This document shows, in pieces, positions 1 through 9,280 of a DNA stretch of 64,000 nucleotides. This DNA comes from a virus (taxonomy: Duplodnaviria; Caudoviricetes). The number at the start of each line of letters is the position of its first letter. Position 1 is the first letter of the stretch. The stretch covers positions 1 to 64,000 of IMG/VR virus record IMGVR_UViG_3300033066_002300. One strand, written 5' to 3'. The notes below the pieces were generated by a model, which made no database searches, had not been told where the DNA came from, and saw nothing but the letters and a program-made list of their open reading frames with translations. Made by a program: the position numbers and the translations under genes.

Positions 1-1167
1 TCCAGTTGATTTATTAGCATTTCCAGCTCCTATAAAAGACCTTGAGCCAGATGCTAAATTATAATTACCACCAACAATAGTTGAATATGATGTTATCGCA
101 GAATTTGATTTACCAGCTCCTATTAAAGAGGCATAACCATTAGACATATTAACAGCACCTGCTATAATAGCAGAATAATTACCAAATATTCTATTTACAT
201 TACCAGCTCCAATAAAAGAACCATAATTATTTTCAATTAAATTTTGTGAGCCACCAACAATAGCAGCATATGTACTTGTATTGGCTGTATTTAAAATACC
301 TCCTCCAATAAATGATTTAACTGATTTTAATAGATTAAGTTTACCTCCTGCTATTGCAGAGTATTCTCCTGATACTATATTTTTATATCCTCCTAATATT
401 GAAGAATATAAACCTGATGCAGAATTTCTTAAACCTCCGACAACAACATTATTTAGAGTAAATCCAGAATTTTCTGTACCACCACCAATAAATACACCAC
501 TAGCATTTGCTAAATTTTTATATCCTCCTACTACTGCTGCATAAGAACTTAAAACTCTATTTCCTATTCCACCACCTATTGTAGAAGCATAAGAGTAATG
601 ACCTACTAAATTTAATTTACCTCCTACAATAGATGCGTATGGACTTGTTGCCTGATTATAAAGACCTCCACCAATAAAAGTAAATACTGATGTTGCTGAA
701 TTAGATGCTCCTCCTACTATTGCCGATAATTGACCAGAAGAATTAATGAGATTTTGCTTACCACCTACAATAGATGAATAAGGTCCTCCAGCCTCATTTT
801 TATATCCACCTCCAATAAAGTTATTCACACTAGTGGCAGAATTTATAGTTCCTCCAACAATAGAGAAGTAACTGGATGCTATATTATTAGTTCCATTATT
901 TGCTATAATAGAGCCTAATCCACTTCCATTGGTCCAACCAGTGAAACCACCGCCCCCTCCGCCGCCAGAAATTGAATCTAAGATGGTTTGTAATGGTGTT
1001 GAGCCTGAATAATATGTTGCTGCAGTAACAGTCCCAGAAAGAGCATAAACACCACTACTAGCTATTGTAGTACCAGAGGCATCAATGTTTAATAACTGAC
1101 CTGGAATTAAACCTGTTAAATCGTGGTCAGTTGTTCCAGTAAGGCTGTGTTTCTTTAAGTGAGACAT
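1..1167 (-). CDS. Gly/Ser/Asn-rich repeat protein, adhesin- or fibre-like (runs off left edge; not in ORF track)
   Basis: ATG at 1167 (MSHLKKHSLTG...), open to position 1; ~14-15 aa repeats S/FIVGG..N.A resembling trimeric adhesin/fibre heads; TATTTAT upstream. Confidence 0.75.
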   Translation of the reverse strand, partial: MSHLKKHSLTGTTDHDLTGLIPGQLLNIDASGTTIASSGVYALSGTVTAATYYSGSTPLQTILDSISGGGGGGGFTGWTNGSGLGSIIANNGTNNIASSYFSIVGGTINSATSVNNFIGGGYKNEAGGPYSSIVGGKQNLINSSGQLSAIVGGASNSATSVFTFIGGGLYNQATSPYASIVGGKLNLVGHYSYASTIGGGIGNRVLSSYAAVVGGYKNLANASGVFIGGGTENSGFTLNNVVVGGLRNSASGLYSSILGGYKNIVSGEYSAIAGGKLNLLKSVKSFIGGGILNTANTSTYAAIVGGSQNLIENNYGSFIGAGNVNRIFGNYSAIIAGAVNMSNGYASLIGAGKSNSAITSYSTIVGGNYNLASGSRSFIGAGNANKSTG

Positions 1168-1245
1168 ATTTTTTGTTTTTAATAAATATCCCAACAAACA
1201 TTAAATTCGACTTCTTTTGTTATATTTATTTAAAAATAATCCAAG

Positions 1246-1926
1246 ATGAGAAAAGAAGATTTTACATTGCTGCTAACTGACCTATATAATGCTTATAATC
1301 CTGATTATATTGAGTTCATTCCCAAATTAATTGAGAAATATATTGGCATGGAATATTCTGCTGTTGACATGGTCCTTTTGAAGTATAACCGTAAGTCTGC
1401 CTCATATTATGACCCAAAGAAGGATACTGATGAATATAAGTTGGATTTAATTAAGGAATATTCAAAGGGGAATAGAACTCTTCAAGGATTTACTATAAAA
1501 AATGAAACTAGCCGTCTAAAAGAACAAGAAGAAGAGAAAATAGCACAGGAAAGTAGAAAAATAGAAGAGAATGTTAACAAAAAGCTAGAAGAACTTCAGA
1601 ACTCATTTAGTGGAAAAGAAAAAACTCTTTTAGAAGCTTATGAAAAAAAAATAGAAGAGCTTAATCAAAAACTAGGTGATATTCAACCAATTAAGAGTAG
1701 TCCCTATGATGGAGTGGATATTAAAATAATCTGTAATTATATTGACCATCCATTAAAATTTCCAAATAAGGAATCAATCCTAGGAATGGGAGTAGGCTCA
1801 AGAATTGTAACCACTACTACAGATGGAAGCAAAGTAATTGGTCTTAAGGTAACTGATATAATTTATGACTTAATTTCAGACCTGGATGGTAAACCAATAA
1901 TCGAAATAATGATAGATAGGGAATAA
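1246..1926 (+). CDS. hypothetical protein with central coiled coil
   Basis: 226-aa ORF preceded by TATTTAT at 1223-1229. Confidence 0.7.
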   Translation: MRKEDFTLLLTDLYNAYNPDYIEFIPKLIEKYIGMEYSAVDMVLLKYNRKSASYYDPKKDTDEYKLDLIKEYSKGNRTLQGFTIKNETSRLKEQEEEKIAQESRKIEENVNKKLEELQNSFSGKEKTLLEAYEKKIEELNQKLGDIQPIKSSPYDGVDIKIICNYIDHPLKFPNKESILGMGVGSRIVTTTTDGSKVIGLKVTDIIYDLISDLDGKPIIEIMIDRE

Positions 1927-2343
1927 TTATTCTATGTGTATTTTTTCGCCTGGTTCTTCAGGTGGAAAAACATTAATTTCCCTAAAGGAACGAGCAATTT
2001 CTTGTAATCTATCTCCAATTTCTCCAAGACCTTTGTCAAAGAAACCTGCTCCATGACCATTTCTGCTCAACCAGAAATCATGACCAATTTCACTTTCCTC
2101 TAAGCCATTTAATAAATCTCCAGCCAGTTCCACAAATCTTCTACAATCAGCAACAGCCTTAGAGATGGAATCATCATCAATTTCATGAGTGTCGTATTCA
2201 GAATCAAGCTCACTTGTCCATAAGGCAGCATGCAAATAAGAATGTACAACACTATCTAAGTCTATACCAGCTTCTACATCTGATTCAGATAATATTCCTG
2301 ATAATAGCTTCAATCTTTTCTTATATGACTCTGATAAATTCAT
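1927..2343 (-). CDS. acidic phage protein with HDFWLSRNGHGAGF motif, probable late/virion protein
   Basis: Start re-called to MNLSESYKKRLKLLSGIL; recurrent phage motif; TATTTAT upstream. Confidence 0.6.
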   Translation of the reverse strand: MNLSESYKKRLKLLSGILSESDVEAGIDLDSVVHSYLHAALWTSELDSEYDTHEIDDDSISKAVADCRRFVELAGDLLNGLEESEIGHDFWLSRNGHGAGFFDKGLGEIGDRLQEIARSFREINVFPPEEPGEKIHIE

Positions 2344-2416
2344 CTTGTGTATTTTAATATAAATATAATTAAAAAACATGTATTCTTTTTATATTTATAG
2401 ACAAATTATTAGTAAA

Positions 2417-2629
2417 ATGAAAAGTAAAGTAAAAGACAGTAAGCTAAAAAACGTAGTAGAAGCCTATCAACAACAAGTACAAAAAGCAATAGATGAAATA
2501 AATTCAAGAGATGGCAAATTAAGTACACCAACTAAAAATTATCTTGAGGTTTTAGAAACTAACCTAATTAGGGCTCCTTTTTTATTAGGTTACCTAGAAT
2601 GGCCAGAAGAAAAAAAATCAAAGAAATAG
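2417..2629 (+). CDS. hypothetical protein
   Basis: Start re-called to MKSKVKD, downstream of TATTTAT at 2392-2398. Confidence 0.55.
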   Translation: MKSKVKDSKLKNVVEAYQQQVQKAIDEINSRDGKLSTPTKNYLEVLETNLIRAPFLLGYLEWPEEKKSKK

Positions 2630-2630
2630 G

Positions 2631-3554
2631 TTATTCGCCTACTTTCTTAATCACTGAACCATCTGTATAAAATATAAACCTTGGCCCATGGAAATCCTCA
2701 CTAACATCCTGGCCAAGCAAATTTGTAATCTTACTAACATTTAGACCTTCCTTACAATCATTATCTATGTCAATGATGTGAGATTGAGTTGCTGTTCCGT
2801 CATAATCTACTTGAGTCAATCTATAATAATTCAAGCCAGATTCTGGTTTTGTATCAACATATTTATATTGCTTTGTTTCTAAAGAGGTACCAGCACCTGG
2901 TATTTTTCCTAGTGTGATAAATTCAACCCCATTTATACTTCTTTCTAGCTGAAAGTAATTATTATTAGATTCTGTGGCTGTAGCCCAGGCTAATAAGTTT
3001 TGATTGCAAGCTTGCTTATCACCACTGAAATATAATAACTCTATTGGAAGCGCATTTGTACATCCTATATTAAAATAATCAATATCGTAATAAAAAACAG
3101 ACCCACCTGAACTATTAACAGAAATATCTGTAACTAATCTGAACCTAAATCTGTTAATATTATTAGATAATATATAATTGTAAATATTATTTCTATTACC
3201 AGTATGTCCTACAACTGTGGTCCAACTTGCACCTGCATTAGTTGAATACTCAAAGTACATATAATCATATGTAGCCTCAATATATCCACTAATTGGAAAA
3301 GTAAGAGATAAAATACCTACACAATTTGTGAAACTATACACAGGACTTGTCATTATGATTGTTGACGAATTAGGGTATGGAGTTGTACCAATATTTGTTG
3401 TCAAATAATTTAAGCCTGGCCCATATGTTTGAAGACCTGAGCCATTTGTACATGTCCAAGTTGCAACACTATTAAAAGGTTGATTAATAGGATAAGTTTG
3501 ACTAAATCCAATAAGACTTAGTGTTAACATCAATATAAGTAATAATTTTCTCAT
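2631..3554 (-). CDS. secreted Bacteroidota-type beta-sandwich protein with LPIELLYF domain and T9SS-CTD-like tail
   Basis: Signal peptide; LPIELLYFSG...WATATESNN.YF.LERS.NG...YYRLTQVDYDG domain; C-terminal NLLGQ...KKV. Confidence 0.7.
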   Translation of the reverse strand: MRKLLLILMLTLSLIGFSQTYPINQPFNSVATWTCTNGSGLQTYGPGLNYLTTNIGTTPYPNSSTIIMTSPVYSFTNCVGILSLTFPISGYIEATYDYMYFEYSTNAGASWTTVVGHTGNRNNIYNYILSNNINRFRFRLVTDISVNSSGGSVFYYDIDYFNIGCTNALPIELLYFSGDKQACNQNLLAWATATESNNNYFQLERSINGVEFITLGKIPGAGTSLETKQYKYVDTKPESGLNYYRLTQVDYDGTATQSHIIDIDNDCKEGLNVSKITNLLGQDVSEDFHGPRFIFYTDGSVIKKVGE

Positions 3555-3568
3555 AATTATTTAAACGT

Positions 3569-3599
3569 AAAAAAGGTGAGTTTGGTTATACTCACCTTT
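3569..3599 (-). terminator. intrinsic terminator hairpin
   Basis: aaaggtgag-N10-ctcaccttt inverted repeat with T-run on minus strand. Confidence 0.6.
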
Positions 3600-3635
3600 A
3601 TAAATATAATAGAAAAGTTTAAGAAAACCAACTTT

Positions 3636-4145
3636 TTACTTCGCTAAAATTGCATACATATAATCTTCAATATGTTGACTTCTCGTGCTCGAATAATATA
3701 ATGGTTCATTATACGAAACACTTGCTAAATCTACACTTCTAAAAAGTTGATAATTTTCATCTGTTTCTTTCATGTGATGAATCATCTTTAGTTCTCCAGA
3801 ATCAATCTTTAAAAGCATATCTTCACGAGTTATAAGAGTAGTGTTATGGAATGGCAACTCTTGAATTTGTGTCCAATGAGTAACTTCTACCCATTCTCTG
3901 TCTTTATCTTGCCATTTTTTTGCAAGGTCATTATAATAGCATAATTCTACTGTCCTAGAGACACCGCCTTCAACATATCCAAGAGAATCTTTAGATGATG
4001 GTCTTTCAACTATACATAAATAATTTCCTCCCCAAGCTCCATCTCCACCCCATTTTGGAGTTAACAAATTTACAGAATTCCATTTTTGTGTTGATTTTTC
4101 ATTTAATTCAACAGCGCTACTTTCTAACTTAATTTCTACTTTCAT
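3636..4145 (-). CDS. hypothetical protein (DUF551-like N-terminus)
   Basis: W.SV...P ... VTHW pattern. Confidence 0.55.
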   Translation of the reverse strand: MKVEIKLESSAVELNEKSTQKWNSVNLLTPKWGGDGAWGGNYLCIVERPSSKDSLGYVEGGVSRTVELCYYNDLAKKWQDKDREWVEVTHWTQIQELPFHNTTLITREDMLLKIDSGELKMIHHMKETDENYQLFRSVDLASVSYNEPLYYSSTRSQHIEDYMYAILAK

Positions 4146-4148
4146 ATT

Positions 4149-4463
4149 TTAATCTATTTGATTTCCTTTAGAATCTCTCTTATAAAACTTACTATTCACA
4201 ATGCCTCCCCATGGAGTTGAATCTGGGTTTTTATAATTTGATTCACATTTTTCACCACATTCTATTAAAAAAGCGCCTAGTTTTTTTAATCTTTCAGGTG
4301 TCATTTTAATCTCAATTTTATTTACCAAATTTGTATTAGCAGTTATGTCAATAACCAATTGTGGAATATTCACCTGCTCATTTTCTAATTCTTCCACAAA
4401 GAAATGTATTCCACCACTTCCATGAGAAATTTCAATGCTATTCTCTAATCTAATTTTTTTCAT
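4149..4463 (-). CDS. hypothetical protein
   Basis: ORF packed in minus-strand operon. Confidence 0.6.
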   Translation of the reverse strand: MKKIRLENSIEISHGSGGIHFFVEELENEQVNIPQLVIDITANTNLVNKIEIKMTPERLKKLGAFLIECGEKCESNYKNPDSTPWGGIVNSKFYKRDSKGNQID

Positions 4464-4466
4464 AAT

Positions 4467-4907
4467 TTAATTGTGTTTTATAAATTTTACTTCCTTAGTA
4501 TTATTATCTATTTCTAAATCAGCAGAACAATCTGGACAATTGAAAAGAGTGGGATTTTGTTGGTTTTTTAAAGTACTAAAAACTTTAAAATAAGAAATTC
4601 CTTTCTCTTTTAGTGCTAATAAAAAATTTTCTAATTGTTTAAAATCACTAACAAAAAAAGAAATTGTTTTTGAATAACCTTTCTCTTCAAACATTAATCT
4701 TTCTTCTTTTTTGTATCCACTCCAACTAGAAAAAAAATCATCTTTGACACGACAATCAAAAACCAAAAAAGTATTTACATTATTTAATATTTTTTTAGTT
4801 TCTTCTTCTAAGTATTCTTTTTCAATTTCAGCATTACCACTTAAAATTGTAAAAAATTTATCCAGATTATTATAATAATCTCCATTTTCTATGATAGTAT
4901 ATTCCAT
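4467..4907 (-). CDS. hypothetical protein with C-terminal CPDC
   Basis: ORF in operon. Confidence 0.6.
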   Translation of the reverse strand: MEYTIIENGDYYNNLDKFFTILSGNAEIEKEYLEEETKKILNNVNTFLVFDCRVKDDFFSSWSGYKKEERLMFEEKGYSKTISFFVSDFKQLENFLLALKEKGISYFKVFSTLKNQQNPTLFNCPDCSADLEIDNNTKEVKFIKHN

Positions 4908-4972
4908 ATAATTATTTTTTAAAATATAAGCATCTTTTTTAGAAAAACAAAATTTTATACATATTTATTCAT

Positions 4973-5341
4973 ATGAGTATAAAAAAAGAAAATAAGGAAT
5001 CCAGGATAAACCTTCTTGTCCCTACAGAATTACGAAAAAACTATAAACTCCATTGCCTTAAAAATGATATTGGAATGTCTGAGAGAATCAGAGAACTTAT
5101 AGAAAATGACCTTAATGAAAATGTTAAGCAGAGCATTTACTATGCTGTTTTAACAAAAACATTGTTAATGAAAAAGACCAATCCATTTTCTAGTCAGGAT
5201 ATTCACAAACAATTACATAAGCCAATTTTTCCAGTGACTTTAGAACAAATTGAAGTTGTCTTAGAAGAACTATATGTTCATTCCATTTTGGGACGTTGGG
5301 AACATGAGAATGATGAAATTAAATATGAATTACTTAAATAA
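4973..5341 (+). CDS. ribbon-helix-helix (CopG-like) domain protein with possible winged-helix C-terminus
   Basis: RINLLVPTELRKNYKLHC...MSERIRELIENDL. Confidence 0.6.
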   Translation: MSIKKENKESRINLLVPTELRKNYKLHCLKNDIGMSERIRELIENDLNENVKQSIYYAVLTKTLLMKKTNPFSSQDIHKQLHKPIFPVTLEQIEVVLEELYVHSILGRWEHENDEIKYELLK

Positions 5342-5343
5342 CT

Positions 5344-6138
5344 ATGGCCTACGTTTACATATATTACGACCCAAGAAAGACTCCTATTGAGCCTATATAC
5401 GTTGGTAAGGGTATAGATGACCGTATGTATCATCATGTCAATAAAAAGTGCCATAATCCAATTCTTGAGCGTAAATTAATAAAGATTAAAGAACTTGGCC
5501 TGGAACCAATAATTGAAAAAGTGCAAAATGACCTCTCTGATGAAGATGCTCTGAAAATGGAAATAGAACTCATAGCTAAATATGGTCGAATTGACCTTAA
5601 AACAGGTACTCTTTGTAATTTAACTGAAGGAGGTGAAGGTAGCTCTGGTAGAATTGTTTCAGATGAAACTAAGCAATTATGGAGTGAACAAAGAAAAGGT
5701 AAGAAACAAACTGATGCACAATATGCAGCTAATTGTAATAGGACTATCTCTGAAGAAACTAAGGAAAAGCAGAGAAAAGCAAATAAGGGTCATTCAAGAC
5801 ATACTCCAGAGCAACTAAAAATTTTAAAAGAATTTAATACTGGACGAAAAGCATCACAAGAAACTATAGATAAAATGAGTAAACAAAGAAAAGGTAAACA
5901 AACTCAATCAAGTAACCCTGCTGCTATAAAAGTAAATATTTTTAATTCCACAGGCGATTTAATATATAGTTGTTATGGAAATTTTGAAGTTGTTTGCAAA
6001 GAAAATGGTTTACCTTCCTCAGCTTTAAGTAATTCTTATCTGAATGAAGGCAAACCAATTTATACAAGCAAAATGACTCCTAAAAAAACAATTTCTTTAT
6101 ATGAAAAATTTATAGGTTGGTATGCTATTAAGCAATAA
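5344..6138 (+). CDS. GIY-YIG homing endonuclease with NUMOD3-like repeats
   Basis: YVYIY...YVGKG..R...E..LI...NLTEGGEG; repeated SEETK. Confidence 0.85.
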   Translation: MAYVYIYYDPRKTPIEPIYVGKGIDDRMYHHVNKKCHNPILERKLIKIKELGLEPIIEKVQNDLSDEDALKMEIELIAKYGRIDLKTGTLCNLTEGGEGSSGRIVSDETKQLWSEQRKGKKQTDAQYAANCNRTISEETKEKQRKANKGHSRHTPEQLKILKEFNTGRKASQETIDKMSKQRKGKQTQSSNPAAIKVNIFNSTGDLIYSCYGNFEVVCKENGLPSSALSNSYLNEGKPIYTSKMTPKKTISLYEKFIGWYAIKQ

Positions 6139-7444
6139 CCTCTTTTTTCTGCTCTAAAGAAACTGGCCCACCAGTTTTCAATGACAACTCAAAATTTTCA
6201 TTGATAAAATCTATTACTTCTTGTTCGTTAATGCTATGATGAAACACGATATTAGGACCATGATTATCTAACATTACTGCTGATAAATTACCAAAGCGTT
6301 TTAATCCCGCACTAGTATTTCTCCCGCAGTTGTGCGAACCGCATTCATACTCACGTTGACTTACTACAGGAACCTTAGAACCTGGCTTAATTGGGCAGTG
6401 AAAGTGAACAATACAATTATAGTCATTATGTTCAGAGAAGATAATACGTTGTGATTGACCTCCTACAGATGGCTTAGCACCATAAGCTATAACTGTATCA
6501 TCAGTATCAGTTACAACTCTAACTAAGCCGTTTTTTTCAAGGTCATTAAAGTTGCTCTTACGAATTGATGTTAAGAATTCTTTATCACCAATCTTACAAG
6601 CGAAGTGACCCACAGTTGCTCCATTAAAAGGCTTATAAGCATTGCTGTTAATACAGTAGTTTACAATATTTCTAAGAGAAGAAAATACTAAGTCAGAGTT
6701 CCAAGGAATTGGCGCACCTTCAACAACAGTTGAGCGGGTGAACGTTAAGTGAGCACGGAAGAATGCAATATCAACTAATTGTTTTAAGGCTTCTTCACGG
6801 TCTGTAGTAACATGATATTGAGTCTCTTCAGGAGTAATAATCATGTTTAAGTGAGTTTTTGTATCATTAGCGAGTACAAGATTCACTGAGTTTTTTTTCA
6901 TTAAATCTAAAGCTGCAAGATATTGTTCTCTCTCTGTTGCACCACAAGTTGTCTTGAATGCAATTACAGTAATATCCTTACGTCCTTCACGGATTTGTTT
7001 TAAAAGTTTATTGGCAGGCTCTAAAATCATCTTTTGATTTCCATCTTTAGTTTTAAGACGTTCTTCATATTTACCGCTTTTAGTTTTTATAGGAACTTCA
7101 ATCTTTCCGTGAAACGTTGTAGTTATACGTGTTTCCTCTACAATACTACCATCATAGTCACAAAGAGCTGCATTCATAAAGATAACTTCTGTAGTAAAGT
7201 CATCATGCAATTCTTTTAATTTAGCCTCTACATCTTGATTTGTAACTAAATTCGAATTAGGGTCAGCCATCTTTGTGAGATGTAAATATACATCCATTGT
7301 ATCAAATCTTTCTTTACATAATTCATAAAGACGTTTTGCTGTAGTACCAAATGCTGGCGCAGCTAAGGCTAAGTGGTTTCTTACATGAGAGAATGTGCCT
7401 CCTCCGAAAATATGAACTTTTTTATTTGGGATTTTATTTTCCAT
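6128..7444 (-). CDS. CoaB/Dfp-C-terminal-like domain fused to class II aldolase-like domain
   Basis: GGGT..HV.., NAALCDY, AFKTT, VLAND (CoaB-like); IVHFHCP, CGS, LDNHGP (aldolase II metal site). Confidence 0.6.
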   Translation of the reverse strand: MENKIPNKKVHIFGGGTFSHVRNHLALAAPAFGTTAKRLYELCKERFDTMDVYLHLTKMADPNSNLVTNQDVEAKLKELHDDFTTEVIFMNAALCDYDGSIVEETRITTTFHGKIEVPIKTKSGKYEERLKTKDGNQKMILEPANKLLKQIREGRKDITVIAFKTTCGATEREQYLAALDLMKKNSVNLVLANDTKTHLNMIITPEETQYHVTTDREEALKQLVDIAFFRAHLTFTRSTVVEGAPIPWNSDLVFSSLRNIVNYCINSNAYKPFNGATVGHFACKIGDKEFLTSIRKSNFNDLEKNGLVRVVTDTDDTVIAYGAKPSVGGQSQRIIFSEHNDYNCIVHFHCPIKPGSKVPVVSQREYECGSHNCGRNTSAGLKRFGNLSAVMLDNHGPNIVFHHSINEQEVIDFINENFELSLKTGGPVSLEQKKEVIA

Positions 7445-7453
7445 GATTTCTAT

Positions 7454-7831
7454 TTATTTTAAATTAAGTAATTTTTTTTCTGCAGGCGTTAGTTTAGCTA
7501 AAGCTTTTTTACGAGCCACTGCATCCTTTTCCTCTTTAGCTTCTTTTTTCAATCTTTCTTTATCTGCTTTTTGATGGTCTCTCCACCAAACTTGCATTTC
7601 AAGAGAGTATTTTGTTATTTTGAATTTACTTTTAGTTATTGCAGAACAAAGTTCGGCAACTTTTTTATCAAGATGTTCTTGCTTTAAACCTTTGTTATAA
7701 ATTCTATTGTCATAACCACTACCATAATCTTTTGATAACTTCCCAGTTTTCAATTCATCAAGTAATCCATAAACTTGACTCAAATTTTTTTCCAACTCAG
7801 TTGGATTCATATAACTTCCGTCGCAAGGCAT
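7454..7831 (-). CDS. conserved phage hypothetical protein
   Basis: MPC...LC...WW.DHQKAD..R...ALAKLT..EK..L. Confidence 0.65.
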   Translation of the reverse strand: MPCDGSYMNPTELEKNLSQVYGLLDELKTGKLSKDYGSGYDNRIYNKGLKQEHLDKKVAELCSAITKSKFKITKYSLEMQVWWRDHQKADKERLKKEAKEEKDAVARKKALAKLTPAEKKLLNLK

Positions 7832-7836
7832 GATTT

Positions 7837-8154
7837 CTATTTTTTTAGTTTATTTTTATATTTTTTAAATTCTTCAATTGTTCCACCTTTACATCCTCCA
7901 TGTCCGTCACTTCTAGTTTTCCAAGATAAAAACTCATAGTATTCATCTTGGAGTTTTTTAAGAGCAGGAAATTCTGATTCTTCAACTGCATAAAAATCTA
8001 AGGCAATTAAATTACTGAACTTATATTTGTGATGTAAATTATCAGGGAATTTTTCTTTGCTTTCTTTTAAAGAATAAGTTTTACCATCTTCATTCAAAGA
8101 AAACACTACTCCATCTGAAGGTCTTGCTAAGTATTTTGGAAATCTCGTGTACAT
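7837..8154 (-). CDS. hypothetical protein
   Basis: ORF in operon. Confidence 0.6.
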   Translation of the reverse strand: MYTRFPKYLARPSDGVVFSLNEDGKTYSLKESKEKFPDNLHHKYKFSNLIALDFYAVEESEFPALKKLQDEYYEFLSWKTRSDGHGGCKGGTIEEFKKYKNKLKK

Positions 8155-8337
8155 TTAAATATCTACATCATCCTTAAATTGAAGCATCATTAAAATACCC
8201 CATATTGATAAATAACCAATTGTACAAGTAAATAAATCCCAACCACTTAACATATTATCATTATACATGCCAAAGTGTACAGCTGCTACTACAGCTAATA
8301 TGATAGTTGAAAATATTCTAAAAAGTTTGGTACTCAT
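8155..8337 (-). CDS. small 2-TM membrane protein
   Basis: two hydrophobic stretches. Confidence 0.55.
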   Translation of the reverse strand: MSTKLFRIFSTIILAVVAAVHFGMYNDNMLSGWDLFTCTIGYLSIWGILMMLQFKDDVDI

Positions 8338-8462
8338 GAACGTAATTTAATTAGGTTAAATAATTGTTGAATTTCATTATAATAACATACAAAGACATCT
8401 AAAATATCAATATGTGAAATGCTATCAGGGCATAAGCCAATTAAGTGTAATATTTGTTCCAT
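8334..8462 (-). CDS. small hypothetical protein (42 aa, not in track)
   Basis: MEQILHLIGLCPDS... fills the gap and overlaps the next gene by ATGA. Confidence 0.5.
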   Translation of the reverse strand: MEQILHLIGLCPDSISHIDILDVFVCYYNEIQQLFNLIKLRS

Positions 8463-8463
8463 T

Positions 8464-8829
8464 TTATTTTTTTATAGAATCAAATATAATTTTTTCTTTT
8501 AACAATGACAAATAATAATCCTTAAATTGTAATTCTTTTCTTAGAGAATCTGCCTGAAACTTATACTTATTTATTAAATTGGCAGTATTTTCATTTACTG
8601 CTACTAATACATCTAATGTATCTCCAACTTGATAACGATGATTGGTGTAATACAAAGATTTAGTATGTCCATTAGTTTTTAATTCAACCTCATATTTATG
8701 AGAGTCTTGACCATTTTCAATAATATTAATTTGTGAAACAACAATTTTATCACTGATTTTAGAAGATTCAGTACAAGAAGTTGCAAAAATTGATACGATT
8801 CCGATTAAGATTAAACTGATTTTTTTCAT
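8464..8829 (-). CDS. putative lipoprotein
   Basis: signal peptide with lipobox FATSC. Confidence 0.65.
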   Translation of the reverse strand: MKKISLILIGIVSIFATSCTESSKISDKIVVSQINIIENGQDSHKYEVELKTNGHTKSLYYTNHRYQVGDTLDVLVAVNENTANLINKYKFQADSLRKELQFKDYYLSLLKEKIIFDSIKK

Positions 8830-8851
8830 TTTTTTATTTTTATTTTAATTA

Positions 8852-9280
8852 TTATTTAAACAATGTTGCTGTCATTAAAAAGTGTTCACCTTCTGTTCCA
8901 TCCAAACCTTTATATTCATCTCCATTTACACAAATCGCCTTAAAACTTGGACAGTGAAAGTCGTCAAAATCTAATTGGTCGATTACCTCACCAATATCAG
9001 CCTTTAAAAAGAACCTAGAAGAAGACTGAACAAGAAATGTTATTGTTTTATATTCAACAAGATTTTCAACAGGCGCTTCTTCTGTCTTTAAATCTCCGAA
9101 GTTTATAGAAAAACTTCTAAGTTTAGAGACTAATTCTTTTTTTGACTTCTCATCAAAAGCATAATATTTGTCATCTTTTTTCTTAAGCCAAACTATTCTG
9201 CTGGCAAACTTTTTTAATTCGTCATCCTTGCGTTGCTTATAGCGATAATATAATTGTGCAATTTTTGTTGTATCTATCAT
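8852..9280 (-). CDS. hypothetical protein
   Basis: ORF in operon. Confidence 0.6.
   Translation of the reverse strand: MIDTTKIAQLYYRYKQRKDDELKKFASRIVWLKKKDDKYYAFDEKSKKELVSKLRSFSINFGDLKTEEAPVENLVEYKTITFLVQSSSRFFLKADIGEVIDQLDFDDFHCPSFKAICVNGDEYKGLDGTEGEHFLMTATLFK

Noticed and set aside
281-544. Pro-rich plus-strand ORF
   Set aside because: Antisense shadow of the Gly codons of the minus-strand repeat gene.
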